Below, one piece after another: positions 20,574 through 30,511 of a stretch of DNA of 64,000 bases. Position 1 is the first letter of the stretch. Each line of letters starts with the position of its first letter. The translations under genes were made by a program, and so were the position numbers. The notes beneath the pieces were generated by a model, which worked only from the letters and a program-made list of their open reading frames with translations, was not told the origin of the DNA and ran no database searches. This stretch comes from a virus. Location of the stretch: IMG/VR virus record IMGVR_UViG_3300037419_000526, positions 5,172 through 69,171 of that record. The stretch is one strand, 5' to 3'.

Positions 20574-21529
20574 ACTTCAATCTCCAGTTTGTTAAGAAGC
20601 TTACGAGTGTCAAAAACGTCTCCGTCGAACCTCTTCATGTGTGCGCAAGCAGCATACATATCCATAATTTCGATAACATCTTTAGTGTGTTCAGCGCCGT
20701 CCCACGCTGTGTATGTTACAGGCTCAGGATACCACTTTGAGTACTGGTTGTAAACAGCCTGCACACATTCCTTGTCCGTATTACAATCTTTAAGAATGTT
20801 GTACATAGCCACCACACCAAACTTCTTCCCGGACAACTCGGCAGGTTTGAAACGATCAACGTTCCAGTCTCCGTATAGCCACTGAGCATAAAAAAATTTC
20901 CGCCCATGTCCGTCGAAATCATTTCGTTCGTCATTCAACCATATGTCGCCCAAACCGCAAATAAGCTTTGGCTCATTCATCTTAGTCCAGTTGTACATCC
21001 AGCCTGCCACTCCATTCTGGTCGCCATCATTTGTAACTGCGACTGTTTTGATACCCTGCTTTAAGCCCTCATAACAACGTTGTGCAAGATGGTCGTCAAC
21101 TTCTTTGCCATTAACCACGACAGCCTTCTTACGTTCAATAAGGTATTGACGGCATTCTTGTAGTTGAACAGGCTTGATTCCTGAACGATTGCTTTTATAC
21201 TTTGTCGGAAGCGGCAAGTAATCCCTAAAGTTATTCTCGCCGCTAATGTATAACTCAACCGAGCTTGCGCCGACACTTTGTTTCCACGCTTTTAGGCAAG
21301 TGTTCATTGCATTGAAGGCAAAACTTATATCTGCTGCGGTTTGCACATCTTCTATATCGAATTCGTCCAACTCAAAAGCGCCTTTGATCTGTTCTTTAAG
21401 GGCTGTACGGTGCGGGCACTCAATTACTTGGCCCGACATCTTATGTGTTGCTCGGATACTACGTGTCGCATTTGCAGCACTGCACCTGAAGGCGAGAATA
21501 TCTGCGTCAACAATTGCAATTGTCTTCAT
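20570..21529 (-). CDS. 5'-3' exonuclease / flap endonuclease (PIN-H3TH family)
   Basis: MKTIAIVDADILAFR N-terminal PIN motif, TNDGDQNG acidic cluster, LICGLGDIWLNDERNDFDG H3TH-like; AGGGA RBS. Confidence 0.55.
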   Translation of the reverse strand: MKTIAIVDADILAFRCSAANATRSIRATHKMSGQVIECPHRTALKEQIKGAFELDEFDIEDVQTAADISFAFNAMNTCLKAWKQSVGASSVELYISGENNFRDYLPLPTKYKSNRSGIKPVQLQECRQYLIERKKAVVVNGKEVDDHLAQRCYEGLKQGIKTVAVTNDGDQNGVAGWMYNWTKMNEPKLICGLGDIWLNDERNDFDGHGRKFFYAQWLYGDWNVDRFKPAELSGKKFGVVAMYNILKDCNTDKECVQAVYNQYSKWYPEPVTYTAWDGAEHTKDVIEIMDMYAACAHMKRFDGDVFDTRKLLNKLEIEV

Positions 21530-21576
21530 AATGTCCCTAAAAGAAAAGCCCCACCCATCTCGGAGTAGGGCGTATG

Positions 21577-22116
21577 TCAGTCGTCTTGTTTCCAACGACT
21601 GCCTTTTTCTGTGGTTTCAAGCAGAATAATGTCTTGTTCGTGATCGTAGTCACGGTGAACCTCTGCATGATGTTTTGTGCACAGCCAAATCACGTCTAGA
21701 GGCATATCATAGTGAACATGATGACCTTCTATGTTTTCAGTAGTTCCACAAACCCAACACGGCCACTTTTCCAACTTACCGTCGCGCAAAGCATTCCCAA
21801 CTGCGGTCGTTGCCGCCTTCTTTTTCATATCGTATTCAGAGTGCCATACCCTTTTATAAGCCTGTATCTTGGCCTTTCTTTCGGGCTTTTGCTCGTTCTT
21901 TTTACGATACTCTTTACGTTCAGGTTTTGTACTTCTCAACCTGTCATAAGCATTGTAATAGTCTTCGCGCTTTTTACGATTACTTCTAACGTCTAGTTTA
22001 TTACATTCCTTACATTTGTTGACGTGACCATCTGCCATTTCTGAGTGCTTGTAAAAGTCGGAGAGGGGTTTAGTCTCTCCGCACTTAAAGCATGCCTTAG
22101 TGACCGGCGTCTCCAT
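21577..22116 (-). CDS. HNH endonuclease
   Basis: CWVCGTTENIEGHHVHYDMPLDVIWLCTKHHAEVH HNH core plus N-terminal zinc ribbon. Confidence 0.7.
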   Translation of the reverse strand: METPVTKACFKCGETKPLSDFYKHSEMADGHVNKCKECNKLDVRSNRKKREDYYNAYDRLRSTKPERKEYRKKNEQKPERKAKIQAYKRVWHSEYDMKKKAATTAVGNALRDGKLEKWPCWVCGTTENIEGHHVHYDMPLDVIWLCTKHHAEVHRDYDHEQDIILLETTEKGSRWKQDD

Positions 22117-22123
22117 CTACATC

Positions 22124-23119
22124 CTAAAACGGCGTATCTTCGATATCATCAAAGTCAGGAGCCTTCGGCTGTGCTACCGGAGCAGCTTCGCCTTCAACAC
22201 CCGGCTTACCATTCGGATACTTGGCACGAATTTCCTTAAGATCGCGATCATTTTCAACAATCTTCGCGTACACATCTTTCGCGTACTTGATGATGTCTTC
22301 TTCGTCGTGACGCTCTTGAATGGCCTTCTGAATCTCGCTGCCCGGATAGTCATCTGCGAGAACAATCTTACGAATATCAGCCATACGCAGCAGATCGATT
22401 TTGGCAATACCACCGAGTTCTTCCTTCACTTCCATAAGATCGTTATCGTCGAAATTGATCGACACAGCAACTTGCAGAGGCTCAGGAACTTGCATCCCCT
22501 TCATCAACGGCACAGGAGATTTCAGCTTGGTGTTCACGTACGTTTTGCTATCTTTTTCCTGCTTACTAACTTCAACATTAATCATGAAAGGTTTACCAAG
22601 CAACAGACCAATATTGTTATGGTCTTTGTTCTTGTAATCCGCTTCAAAGATTTTGTCTTGTTTCGTTGCATCAGCGATCTTCTTCCACTGACTTGCAGGA
22701 GCAAGGCTCCACGGCTTACCCTTAATGTAGTTGCCATCAGGATCACGCGGCGCAACAGTGGTGAAGTTAAGACCTTCCGACATGCCACGATTTACAGGAT
22801 GAAGAGGGAGACGAATGTTGCGAACACCAATTTCGCCTTCATAATCGTGCTGCTGGCTCAGCAGATCGACGTAGACAGCAACCTTCTGTTCAAGGTCTTT
22901 GCCCTCAATGGGCCACAGCACTTTGTCCTCGCCGTTTTCGTCCTTTTCACGCTTGCCATTCTGTGTCGCGAACTTGGGCTGTTTCTTATGTTTGCCAAGA
23001 TCAACAAGCATACCTACTTGCACTACTTGCAGACCATCTTCCGGCACGATTGGTACGAAAACCTTTTGTTCCGAATTTTCGTTATTGTTTTGACGGTCGT
23101 TACGTGGTTTGAAAGACAT
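22124..23119 (-). CDS. single-stranded DNA-binding protein
   Basis: 331 aa; C-terminal acidic tip PDFDDIEDTPF resembling E. coli SSB DFDDDIPF; replication module. Confidence 0.6.
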   Translation of the reverse strand: MSFKPRNDRQNNNENSEQKVFVPIVPEDGLQVVQVGMLVDLGKHKKQPKFATQNGKREKDENGEDKVLWPIEGKDLEQKVAVYVDLLSQQHDYEGEIGVRNIRLPLHPVNRGMSEGLNFTTVAPRDPDGNYIKGKPWSLAPASQWKKIADATKQDKIFEADYKNKDHNNIGLLLGKPFMINVEVSKQEKDSKTYVNTKLKSPVPLMKGMQVPEPLQVAVSINFDDNDLMEVKEELGGIAKIDLLRMADIRKIVLADDYPGSEIQKAIQERHDEEDIIKYAKDVYAKIVENDRDLKEIRAKYPNGKPGVEGEAAPVAQPKAPDFDDIEDTPF

Positions 23120-23187
23120 ATTTATTTCCTTTTTAAGTTAAATTGCGCTAAGCCAGCGCAGGCTTTGTCCTGAGAATGCAGGACGCA

Positions 23188-23400
23188 TTAGAACAACTTC
23201 TTACTAAAGAACTTAGTTTGATCAGTAATGACGATCAGAGCGACGCACATTACTAACACATTAAGCCCTGGGACCAGTGATAAGAACACGAACAACAAAG
23301 CATATCCGATTGTTACATCCTCGCCGTCGAGCTTGCTTGCCCAGCAGCACAATGAAAACACTACAGCAGCAAAGATGAGATACGCAATTAGAGGAGCCAT
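23188..23400 (-). CDS. small membrane protein (2 TM)
   Basis: 70 aa, two hydrophobic helices. Confidence 0.4.
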   Translation of the reverse strand: MAPLIAYLIFAAVVFSLCCWASKLDGEDVTIGYALLFVFLSLVPGLNVLVMCVALIVITDQTKFFSKKLF

Positions 23401-23606
23401 CAGTTTCCCTTCTCAATCTCTGCCGCAGCCATCTTATACACCACAGCAAAGATAGTAATGATAAGCAAAGCGTTAACAAAGGGAATCAAGCTTGCAATGG
23501 TGACGCCGAGCGATTGTTTCCAAGTGAGCTTGTTTTCAGCAAAATGAAGATTAATCAACACAAGCAACAGTGGCACGATACAACATACGATATAGAAAAT
23601 CAGCAC
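23400..23606 (-). CDS. small membrane protein (2 TM)
   Basis: 68 aa, two hydrophobic helices; abuts previous. Confidence 0.4.
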   Translation of the reverse strand: MLIFYIVCCIVPLLLVLINLHFAENKLTWKQSLGVTIASLIPFVNALLIITIFAVVYKMAAAEIEKGN

Positions 23607-23908
23607 ACGTCCTCCTTATCATCATACAATTTATAAATTTCCTTCTCAATCTCTAAGAAGGTTTTGTTCCCGATGATGTGCATTATGTCGTACTCATCAA
23701 GAAACACAGCTTCAATCATCAACTCTTCAGGCGACTCTGGCTCATCTTTCGTGGCAGGGATGCCTTGATAGAATCGAAACTCTACGTCAAGCTCAAGACC
23801 ACGAAGATTGATACGTCGCACAAAGAAATGTCCCTTCTCACCGAAGGTGGCGTTGTCGGAATAGGTCAAGAATGTTCTCCCATAGCATAATAAAGCCAGT
23901 CTTAACAA
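23600..23908 (-). CDS. hypothetical protein
   Basis: 102 aa. Confidence 0.4.
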   Translation of the reverse strand: MLRLALLCYGRTFLTYSDNATFGEKGHFFVRRINLRGLELDVEFRFYQGIPATKDEPESPEELMIEAVFLDEYDIMHIIGNKTFLEIEKEIYKLYDDKEDVC

Positions 23909-23932
23909 TCATCCAGCGGTAGGCTAGCTCGT

Positions 23933-24127
23933 TCATTTTGGTGTCACGTTATAGTGTTCTATAACAACATCTAGTACTTCACGAATGTCTGCATGAGTGA
24001 TCCCGGATGTTTTCTCCCACACCTTTTTGGTGATTGCCTCTATAAAATTGCAATGTGCCTCCCACTCTTCCGCGTCTTGCTTCGCCGCGAAGACTACACC
24101 ATCTTCAGTTTGCCATACCTGTTTCAT
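23933..24127 (-). CDS. hypothetical protein
   Basis: 64 aa. Confidence 0.4.
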   Translation of the reverse strand: MKQVWQTEDGVVFAAKQDAEEWEAHCNFIEAITKKVWEKTSGITHADIREVLDVVIEHYNVTPK

Positions 24128-24336
24128 TCTGCCTCCAGCTTATCCATTTTGTACAGCATTGCGTACAAGCCGTCAATTTCCCGCTGCATCCAACGATTCT
24201 CTTCATCGTTAGCATCCATTTCATCCGCAAGCAGACTGATACGTGCTTCAATTTCACTCTTCGTCATAGTTGAATTAAACTCCCCTCTTACAATATTACG
24301 GACGTACTCGAAAGTTTTAGCCGCTCGGCTTGTCAT
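24124..24336 (-). CDS. hypothetical protein
   Basis: 70 aa; ATGA overlap. Confidence 0.4.
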   Translation of the reverse strand: MTSRAAKTFEYVRNIVRGEFNSTMTKSEIEARISLLADEMDANDEENRWMQREIDGLYAMLYKMDKLEAE

Positions 24337-24770
24337 TACTCCTCCTTAGTTTCAGATGTAGAATTATACAGATCAGCATCATCGTTGTCAACAGAAATCT
24401 TACTGCCTTTTAAGAATTCTTGCTCAGGTGTTGTAAGAAGTCTGTCGGCCTCTCCTAACAAATTTACGACGCTGCGCATGCTCTTGACAAGCCCCTTGGC
24501 ATCCTGTTGTAGATACCCATGCTTAAACATCCAATCCGCTGCCTTGAAGACCTTAACACGGTAGTAATTATAGGATTCGTCACGCTTCACAAGAATCCCG
24601 CGAGGCCAATCATCAGGAAGCGCCACAAAATAAGGGAAGCGGATTACGATATCTCGGCACTTTGCAATAACTGCTGAGACAACGTGTTGTGCTAAGATCG
24701 TATAGTCTGCGTCAGTTGCAGGATGTGTGGCTGCTCGCTGCTCTCGTGTTGGTTTATGGCGAGATACCAT
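24336..24770 (-). CDS. hypothetical protein
   Basis: 144 aa. Confidence 0.45.
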   Translation of the reverse strand: MVSRHKPTREQRAATHPATDADYTILAQHVVSAVIAKCRDIVIRFPYFVALPDDWPRGILVKRDESYNYYRVKVFKAADWMFKHGYLQQDAKGLVKSMRSVVNLLGEADRLLTTPEQEFLKGSKISVDNDDADLYNSTSETKEE

Positions 24771-24945
24771 TTTCGTTCAGGTGTTTAAGTTTCAAGAAAT
24801 CTTCTACGCTAATCCAGTTTGCGGGATAGTGCATAGCTGTCGCTGTGCCGTCTTCGGAAATACTATACAAGTCTCCCCCGAAGCAATCTGAACGTAGTTC
24901 GTACTTCTTTCCGGCGTATTCGAATTTTTCTGTTTGAGGGATCAT
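24754..24945 (-). CDS. hypothetical protein
   Basis: 63 aa from MIPQTEKF; avoids overlap with upstream gene. Confidence 0.35.
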   Translation of the reverse strand: MIPQTEKFEYAGKKYELRSDCFGGDLYSISEDGTATAMHYPANWISVEDFLKLKHLNENGISP

Positions 24946-24946
24946 T

Positions 24947-25438
24947 CTACTTCTCCACAAAGAACAGCACGTTAGCAATCTGAATCCACTGCTCGTACTC
25001 GCCACCGTCAGGCGGTAATGTAGGGTGCACTTCGTCATCATTTCTGACAAAGAAAGTGAACATTGCACGGGCTTCATTCTTAGTCGTCAAATCTAGCCAT
25101 TGATCATTCGTCAAAGCTACACGGAATAGTGGTTTTGAAGGTAGCCAACGACCAAACCAAGAATTGACTTCTTGAATTCGTCGCATCAACCCTTCTTCGA
25201 CATCGAAAGGCCAGTATGGCAGGTTGATATGAGTTGTTTTCATAATCTTTTCTCGTGTAACGTTTCTAAATCCTCCAACTTCTGCCATAGCAGCTTTTGC
25301 TACGTCCAATACAGGTTGCTCGTAGTCATACGGTTTACGACTTCCGTGCCGAAACTTGGCAGCAGATTGTGGTGGAAGTGCTTCATCGATAATTCTCAGA
25401 GCGTCATACTCTCCGTTGTAGCGTTTGTCTTCCATCAT
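24947..25438 (-). CDS. hypothetical protein
   Basis: ~163 aa from MMEDKRY; GGAG RBS. Confidence 0.45.
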   Translation of the reverse strand: MMEDKRYNGEYDALRIIDEALPPQSAAKFRHGSRKPYDYEQPVLDVAKAAMAEVGGFRNVTREKIMKTTHINLPYWPFDVEEGLMRRIQEVNSWFGRWLPSKPLFRVALTNDQWLDLTTKNEARAMFTFFVRNDDEVHPTLPPDGGEYEQWIQIANVLFFVEK

Positions 25439-25501
25439 TGCTCCGTGTAATAGCGGTGGGGAATCACTTGCCAAGACCTGCCATTCCAGGCAACGTCCCG
25501 C

Positions 25502-25696
25502 TCATTCATACGACCACTGTACATTCCTGCTCCTGACGTTCGTGATGTACTCGTTGTCGAAAAACTCTTGTTCGCAGGCGTCGAAGCCGTCTTGCCAGTC
25601 GCTTTCTGCACGTTCGTCATCTCCGTTCGTGTAAGGGTTGGTGGTGATGCCGCGATGATAAGAGGCATAACCTTCGTGATAATATTTGGATTTCAT
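25502..25696 (-). CDS. hypothetical protein
   Basis: 64 aa. Confidence 0.4.
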   Translation of the reverse strand: MKSKYYHEGYASYHRGITTNPYTNGDDERAESDWQDGFDACEQEFFDNEYITNVRSRNVQWSYE

Positions 25697-25720
25697 TTGT
25701 TACGTACCATGTCGTTCAGT

Positions 25721-26266
25721 CTATCCTGCACCTTGTGCGTTAAGTTCTTCAATCATTTTAGCACGATATTCACATGCTAGGCGGAAAGCTTCGTCGTAGC
25801 CATACTTTGTTGTAGAAAACCACTTGTTTCTTTTGCGATGCTCAATCGTATGCCACGTAGCGCACCAATGTGTATGATTTTTATGCACGATCTTGTAGAC
25901 ACCGTTCACACCGGAAGTGTTGTTGTCATACTTACCTTTGTTACTGTTGTTTTCAGACCTCGTTACCAACCTTAGATTACTTATTTTGTTGTTTTGCCGG
26001 TCTTGATCGAAATGGTCTATGAACATACCGTCCGGGATTGGCCCGTTAAACATCTCCCAAATGATCAAGTGACATAAAATGTGTTTACCTTCTACACCAA
26101 CTCTGGCGTGATGCTGAGGGTTACTGTTAACACAACCGGCCACGTCCCCTGCTCGTGCATTAGAGCAAACCTGTCCCCGACTGTTTAGTACATCTACTTT
26201 GTACCTTAGGCATGTAGGACTACTCTCGTCATACAGAAATCTACTTGTATCAATGTTAAGAGCCAT
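25721..26266 (-). CDS. HNH homing endonuclease abutting DNA polymerase gene
   Basis: FIDHFDQDRQNNKISNLRLVTRSENNSNKG HNH core; starts 1 nt after pol stop. Confidence 0.7.
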   Translation of the reverse strand: MALNIDTSRFLYDESSPTCLRYKVDVLNSRGQVCSNARAGDVAGCVNSNPQHHARVGVEGKHILCHLIIWEMFNGPIPDGMFIDHFDQDRQNNKISNLRLVTRSENNSNKGKYDNNTSGVNGVYKIVHKNHTHWCATWHTIEHRKRNKWFSTTKYGYDEAFRLACEYRAKMIEELNAQGAG

Positions 26267-28402
26267 TTAGTGCACATCCTTCCAAGAACCCATATAAGCT
26301 TTCTTCCCTTCACCCTTGAGTGGCAGAGCCAGCTTAAGAGCCTTACCGGCAGCTTCAATTGCTTTCTCACCCATCATCACCACATCCTCCTCTACACCAT
26401 CTTCCGCGAGAAACGAATATTCGTCATGGACCATTGAAATACGAATAACTTTCTTGCCTTGGTACAAATAGTACGGTCGTCCAAGCTCGTCTAAGTGCAG
26501 TTCTCCAAGCCACGTATCCATGAAACATGCCGCGTAGGACATTGCTACCGCACCTGTGCCTTGCCCAAGACAAGATAATAGAACATTCTTACCACGAACA
26601 CTCACGATACGTCCATCAATACCAGGAATGTATTTGTTCTTGCCTGCGGTTGTGTAGTACCTCTCTACAGCTTCTTTCAACAATCCTAAACCTGTGTTCA
26701 TTGACCAATAGTTTTCATATGCGATCTTACCCTCTTTCTGGCTCAATCCTAAACTAGACGCAAGCTTAGGTGCTCCACCACCGAACGCCAAGAGGTATGC
26801 CCCAGTTTTTGCCTTGTTACGCCAAGGTTTGAACTTGGAATTTTCCTTGTTTTCTTGGTCATCAATACTGAACTCTTTATGCAAGTGTGGAAAGAACGCA
26901 AAAGCGTTAAAACTGTGCGGATCACCTTCCAATTGCATCTTGGCAAACTTACCACCATCATATTTATAAGTATGGTGAGAAAGCGTGCGGTTCTCAAGAG
27001 CAGCGGCATCGATACCACAATAATGGTATCCCTCTGGTGCATAGAACAAATCGCGCATCTCGGCACCAAGTAGGACTGTTTCACTTGCTTTCGGGCAATT
27101 CGTCAGAGTACGGTGTTTCACACGACTCGTAGGTGCATAGCCACTGATTTCAGCACTCAACCGGCTGTCAAATTCCATGCGCCAGTTGTTAAGCCAGCCA
27201 TTGACAACACCAAGACGATTTCGGTACGACAGAAACTTAACAACCTTGCTAGGAATCTCGCCTTCAAGTTTAAGAAGATTTGGACAAATCTGTCCTTGGT
27301 GCTGAATCTTCGGTGTTGTCTGAATCAGTTTGCCTTTGTCGTCACGCATCGGCTTACCAGTAATAGGGTCTTTCTTAAAATTCCAAAACCCATCAGCAGC
27401 GTGCCAGCCAGCATCAATAAACCACTGCTTTAACTCTGCATTGTCCTCAATCTCCATAGGCAGCTTAACATCGAGAACATCGTTTGCCACCAGCTTCTGT
27501 TTGAGTCCATAAGCATAGACAAACCCTTCGTCATCCAATGTGGCAGAATGTTTTTCCAGCCATTTAACAAGCGCAGCAGACCTCTCTCCCGATTTAGAAT
27601 AGGGCTTGCTCGGCATTTTGTAGAAAGCTTTCTCAGCCGTTTTTAGAGGTCGTGGCGGAAGTTTCGGGTCAACCTCAGCCTTGATCTTCGCCATCTCGAC
27701 TTCAATATGTGCAACAAGCTTCTTAGCACGCTCTTGGTGAAAAGGGGCGCCACTGTAAGCCTGCGCGGAATACAGCCAGTAATCCTTCTGCATCTGACGG
27801 AAGCTTGGATGAATCCAATTGTCCTTGCCATACATCTCGCAAGCCTTGGCCCACAGCTTCTTAAAGACGCCTGCTAGAGCCTTCACGTCGTCATCGCAGT
27901 ACTCTTCCATCAGAGGATGCCACTGCTTAAACTCTGCACCTTTTGGGGCATCCTTCGCCAATGCTCCAGCCTCGATCAACTTGGCACGAAAGTCCATCTT
28001 TTCGTCTTCGCTGCCTGTTGCAAGGTACTCAAGCGAGTGCTGCGGAGAGTCGGGCGAAAGATACATACTGAGCACATAAGTGTCTACGAACTGAACATGT
28101 TTGCTGCCCAGCCAATCTTTCCCGTTCTTCCCTACTCGCGGCTTTACGTCGTACAGCTTCCACCAAGTCCAAAAGTCAAATCCCAAGCCATTTTGAAAAA
28201 CGACAATAGAGCCATCAGGGAAACTCTCAATCCACTCCATCAACTCAGCTTTAACAGCGTCTCTGGTCATACGAAACGGATACAGTTTTGTTGTGCGAGA
28301 ACCGTCAAGACTAGTAAGCCGGATATACCACGTCTTCGTGCACTGCAAGTACAAATCGTCCGTTTCTACGTCACCGTACCAACCTACAACCTCTGTTCCC
28401 AC
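26267..28402 (-). CDS. DNA polymerase, family A (T7/Pol I-like)
   Basis: 711 aa; motif C ISMVHDEYSF; motif B-like WRNKAKTGAYLLAFGGG; N-terminal exonuclease-like region. Confidence 0.8.
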   Translation of the reverse strand: MGTEVVGWYGDVETDDLYLQCTKTWYIRLTSLDGSRTTKLYPFRMTRDAVKAELMEWIESFPDGSIVVFQNGLGFDFWTWWKLYDVKPRVGKNGKDWLGSKHVQFVDTYVLSMYLSPDSPQHSLEYLATGSEDEKMDFRAKLIEAGALAKDAPKGAEFKQWHPLMEEYCDDDVKALAGVFKKLWAKACEMYGKDNWIHPSFRQMQKDYWLYSAQAYSGAPFHQERAKKLVAHIEVEMAKIKAEVDPKLPPRPLKTAEKAFYKMPSKPYSKSGERSAALVKWLEKHSATLDDEGFVYAYGLKQKLVANDVLDVKLPMEIEDNAELKQWFIDAGWHAADGFWNFKKDPITGKPMRDDKGKLIQTTPKIQHQGQICPNLLKLEGEIPSKVVKFLSYRNRLGVVNGWLNNWRMEFDSRLSAEISGYAPTSRVKHRTLTNCPKASETVLLGAEMRDLFYAPEGYHYCGIDAAALENRTLSHHTYKYDGGKFAKMQLEGDPHSFNAFAFFPHLHKEFSIDDQENKENSKFKPWRNKAKTGAYLLAFGGGAPKLASSLGLSQKEGKIAYENYWSMNTGLGLLKEAVERYYTTAGKNKYIPGIDGRIVSVRGKNVLLSCLGQGTGAVAMSYAACFMDTWLGELHLDELGRPYYLYQGKKVIRISMVHDEYSFLAEDGVEEDVVMMGEKAIEAAGKALKLALPLKGEGKKAYMGSWKDVH

Positions 28403-28410
28403 ACATCCCC

Positions 28411-28638
28411 CTAATCAATAATCCCAGCCAAACACTTCCCAATATCCCTCAGCAACTCTTCCGCAACAGAGTTCTTAGCATCCTCTTCACTCTCATGCCA
28501 CAGATCATCCACAATCTCCTTGCCGTGGAATCTGTACTTGTAAATTAACTGGATTGTATGCTCATCGAGCTCCTCGCCAACAAATACAAGGCCAAGCTTT
28601 TCAGCGATGTCCCATGCTGTAATATTCACTGTCGCCAT
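28411..28638 (-). CDS. hypothetical protein
   Basis: 75 aa acidic. Confidence 0.4.
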   Translation of the reverse strand: MATVNITAWDIAEKLGLVFVGEELDEHTIQLIYKYRFHGKEIVDDLWHESEEDAKNSVAEELLRDIGKCLAGIID

Positions 28639-28639
28639 G

Positions 28640-28951
28640 TCAGTACTCCCACAATTCCGTATACGCTACACGCTTCATGTTGTGCACCTTGACGAACAAG
28701 TCTTCAGGGTCATTGTCTTCAGCATATTTGCAATATCCCTCATACTCTTCGCTCTTATACCACTCTGACGTGTTCAATCCAGTGCGTGCGCGATATTTAT
28801 CAAGACTGCTATTACGAGCTTTCTGAATCTGCTCCCGCTTATATTTGGCAAACTGCTGCCACTCATCTACAGTTACAATGTGATCACACATGAACATGCC
28901 ACCAACGCAATAGTCGCTGTACTCGCCACTGCTAAACATGAAATAGTGCAT
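28640..28951 (-). CDS. hypothetical protein
   Basis: ~103 aa. Confidence 0.4.
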   Translation of the reverse strand: MHYFMFSSGEYSDYCVGGMFMCDHIVTVDEWQQFAKYKREQIQKARNSSLDKYRARTGLNTSEWYKSEEYEGYCKYAEDNDPEDLFVKVHNMKRVAYTELWEY

Positions 28952-29115
28952 CACGCCCTCTTAATCAGATATTCAAGAATGATGGCAATATTCTTACTAT
29001 CTTCGTACCCACGAGCTTTTAGGTCTTCGACAGCTTTCAGTGCAACATCACGTTGCTTTTCACGTCGAATTTCTTCTCGCTGTTGTCGCATGAAAATTTC
29101 CAGTTCTAAGTCCAT
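28951..29115 (-). CDS. hypothetical small protein (54 aa, below ORF-track cutoff)
   Basis: MDLELEIFMRQQREEIRR..; ATGA/TGATG overlaps with both neighbours imply translational coupling. Confidence 0.4.
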   Translation of the reverse strand: MDLELEIFMRQQREEIRREKQRDVALKAVEDLKARGYEDSKNIAIILEYLIKRA

Positions 29116-29360
29116 CACTCCTCCCAAACAATATTACCAAACGTGTCAACATACCCCTGCACGGCATAAAGCTGCTGCCCAGCGAACTTGCTAAAGTCCA
29201 ACTCGTAGCTTTCCTCATTCTGCCATGCTTCTACAGCCTGTTGACACTTTAGCCCCTGCTTCAGAGCCTTCTGCACAGCCTCAATCGCCGCGATGCGCTT
29301 GGCAAATTTCTTGATATATGGCGTGTAGACGGCTGCTTGTTCCTTGTGCTGCACTGCCAA
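29115..29360 (-). CDS. hypothetical protein
   Basis: 81 aa. Confidence 0.4.
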   Translation of the reverse strand: MAVQHKEQAAVYTPYIKKFAKRIAAIEAVQKALKQGLKCQQAVEAWQNEESYELDFSKFAGQQLYAVQGYVDTFGNIVWEE

Positions 29361-29390
29361 ATGGTTTACATCTCCTGCCCTTGTAAAGTC

Positions 29391-29546
29391 TTAATTTGCA
29401 GCGTGGTCAAGTGACTCTTTAACAAACTTGTCAGCTTCTTCATTAAAATGCTTCCTCGCCTTACGCAGATTCGCAATCTCTTCATAAAGCCCGCGCAAAA
29501 CTTGGGAATTCAGGCCCAGTTGAACTTGAAGCAATACTGCTTTCAT
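29391..29546 (-). CDS. hypothetical small protein (51 aa)
   Basis: MKAVLLQVQLGLNSQ..; start overlaps stop of upstream gene. Confidence 0.35.
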   Translation of the reverse strand: MKAVLLQVQLGLNSQVLRGLYEEIANLRKARKHFNEEADKFVKESLDHAAN

Positions 29547-29920
29547 TATCGATTACCTTTCACAAATTCGTAAGTTGCCTGATAGTCTTCGTAATACCAA
29601 TGATCTTCCTCTACAACATTATCCAGCAGTTCTTCTTGCTTTTCTTGCGGAAGAATAGTGTCCAGATATGTACGGCCAAAATCTGCAAGGCGCTGCTGAT
29701 AATCCGCTTTTTCATCGTCGCTCAAATCGTCATACCAAGTGTAGCCGAACTCGCCTTCAAACGCATCACAACCTGAACAAGAGCCATAAGAACCCTGCAC
29801 CCAGCCGATTTCACCATTGTATTTCACCTTAGCGTACCACTCACCTTGGTAGCTGCCAAACTGTTCAAATGCCAACACTTCAGCACCTGCTGCTTCCATC
29901 GCTTCTTGATAACCGCTCAT
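29546..29920 (-). CDS. hypothetical protein
   Basis: 124 aa acidic, Tyr/Trp-rich. Confidence 0.45.
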   Translation of the reverse strand: MSGYQEAMEAAGAEVLAFEQFGSYQGEWYAKVKYNGEIGWVQGSYGSCSGCDAFEGEFGYTWYDDLSDDEKADYQQRLADFGRTYLDTILPQEKQEELLDNVVEEDHWYYEDYQATYEFVKGNR

Positions 29921-30453
29921 CAGTTCTTCTCCTTGATAAATTGTTTACTATTCTGCCGTTCCCACATCAACTGATTCAACTCCTCATGCCACTCATCCGG
30001 CACATCTTCCTTCTGCTCAAGCTTCTTCAACATTGCACGAAGAATGTCCATCTTACGAAGACGTTGATGTTCTTCTTTGGGTAGGAGTTCTTTATCCAAG
30101 TAGACGTTGAACGTTTCATTTGAATAAGAGTAAACATAAGGTACATCTTGTTTCTCTACAGACTTCGTCTCAGGCTGCTTGTAATAATCGGAGCGTTTCA
30201 CAAAAGTGTTTTGTGGAGACAAGATGTATTCTTCCGCTTTAAACTCGTTAAAAAATTGTTCGTCGCCCCTCTCGCCCATCAGTCGAGTTATGCAAATATC
30301 CTTTTCACCAAAACCTCCTGCAATAAGAAGCTTTGCCGACTGGTCCTGAACCTTAGCACTGTAACCTTGCCACCTATACCCCATCTCAAACAACTTCTTC
30401 TGAATCTGCTCAGAATGCTCTGGGCTGTTCACCCGAAATTTCATTGCTGTCAA
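29920..30453 (-). CDS. hypothetical protein
   Basis: 177 aa. Confidence 0.45.
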   Translation of the reverse strand: MTAMKFRVNSPEHSEQIQKKLFEMGYRWQGYSAKVQDQSAKLLIAGGFGEKDICITRLMGERGDEQFFNEFKAEEYILSPQNTFVKRSDYYKQPETKSVEKQDVPYVYSYSNETFNVYLDKELLPKEEHQRLRKMDILRAMLKKLEQKEDVPDEWHEELNQLMWERQNSKQFIKEKN

Positions 30454-30511
30454 AACTATTCCTCCTTAAGAATGTTAGGCGTATTGTAGAGCAAATTTAC
30501 GCCTGTGTCAA

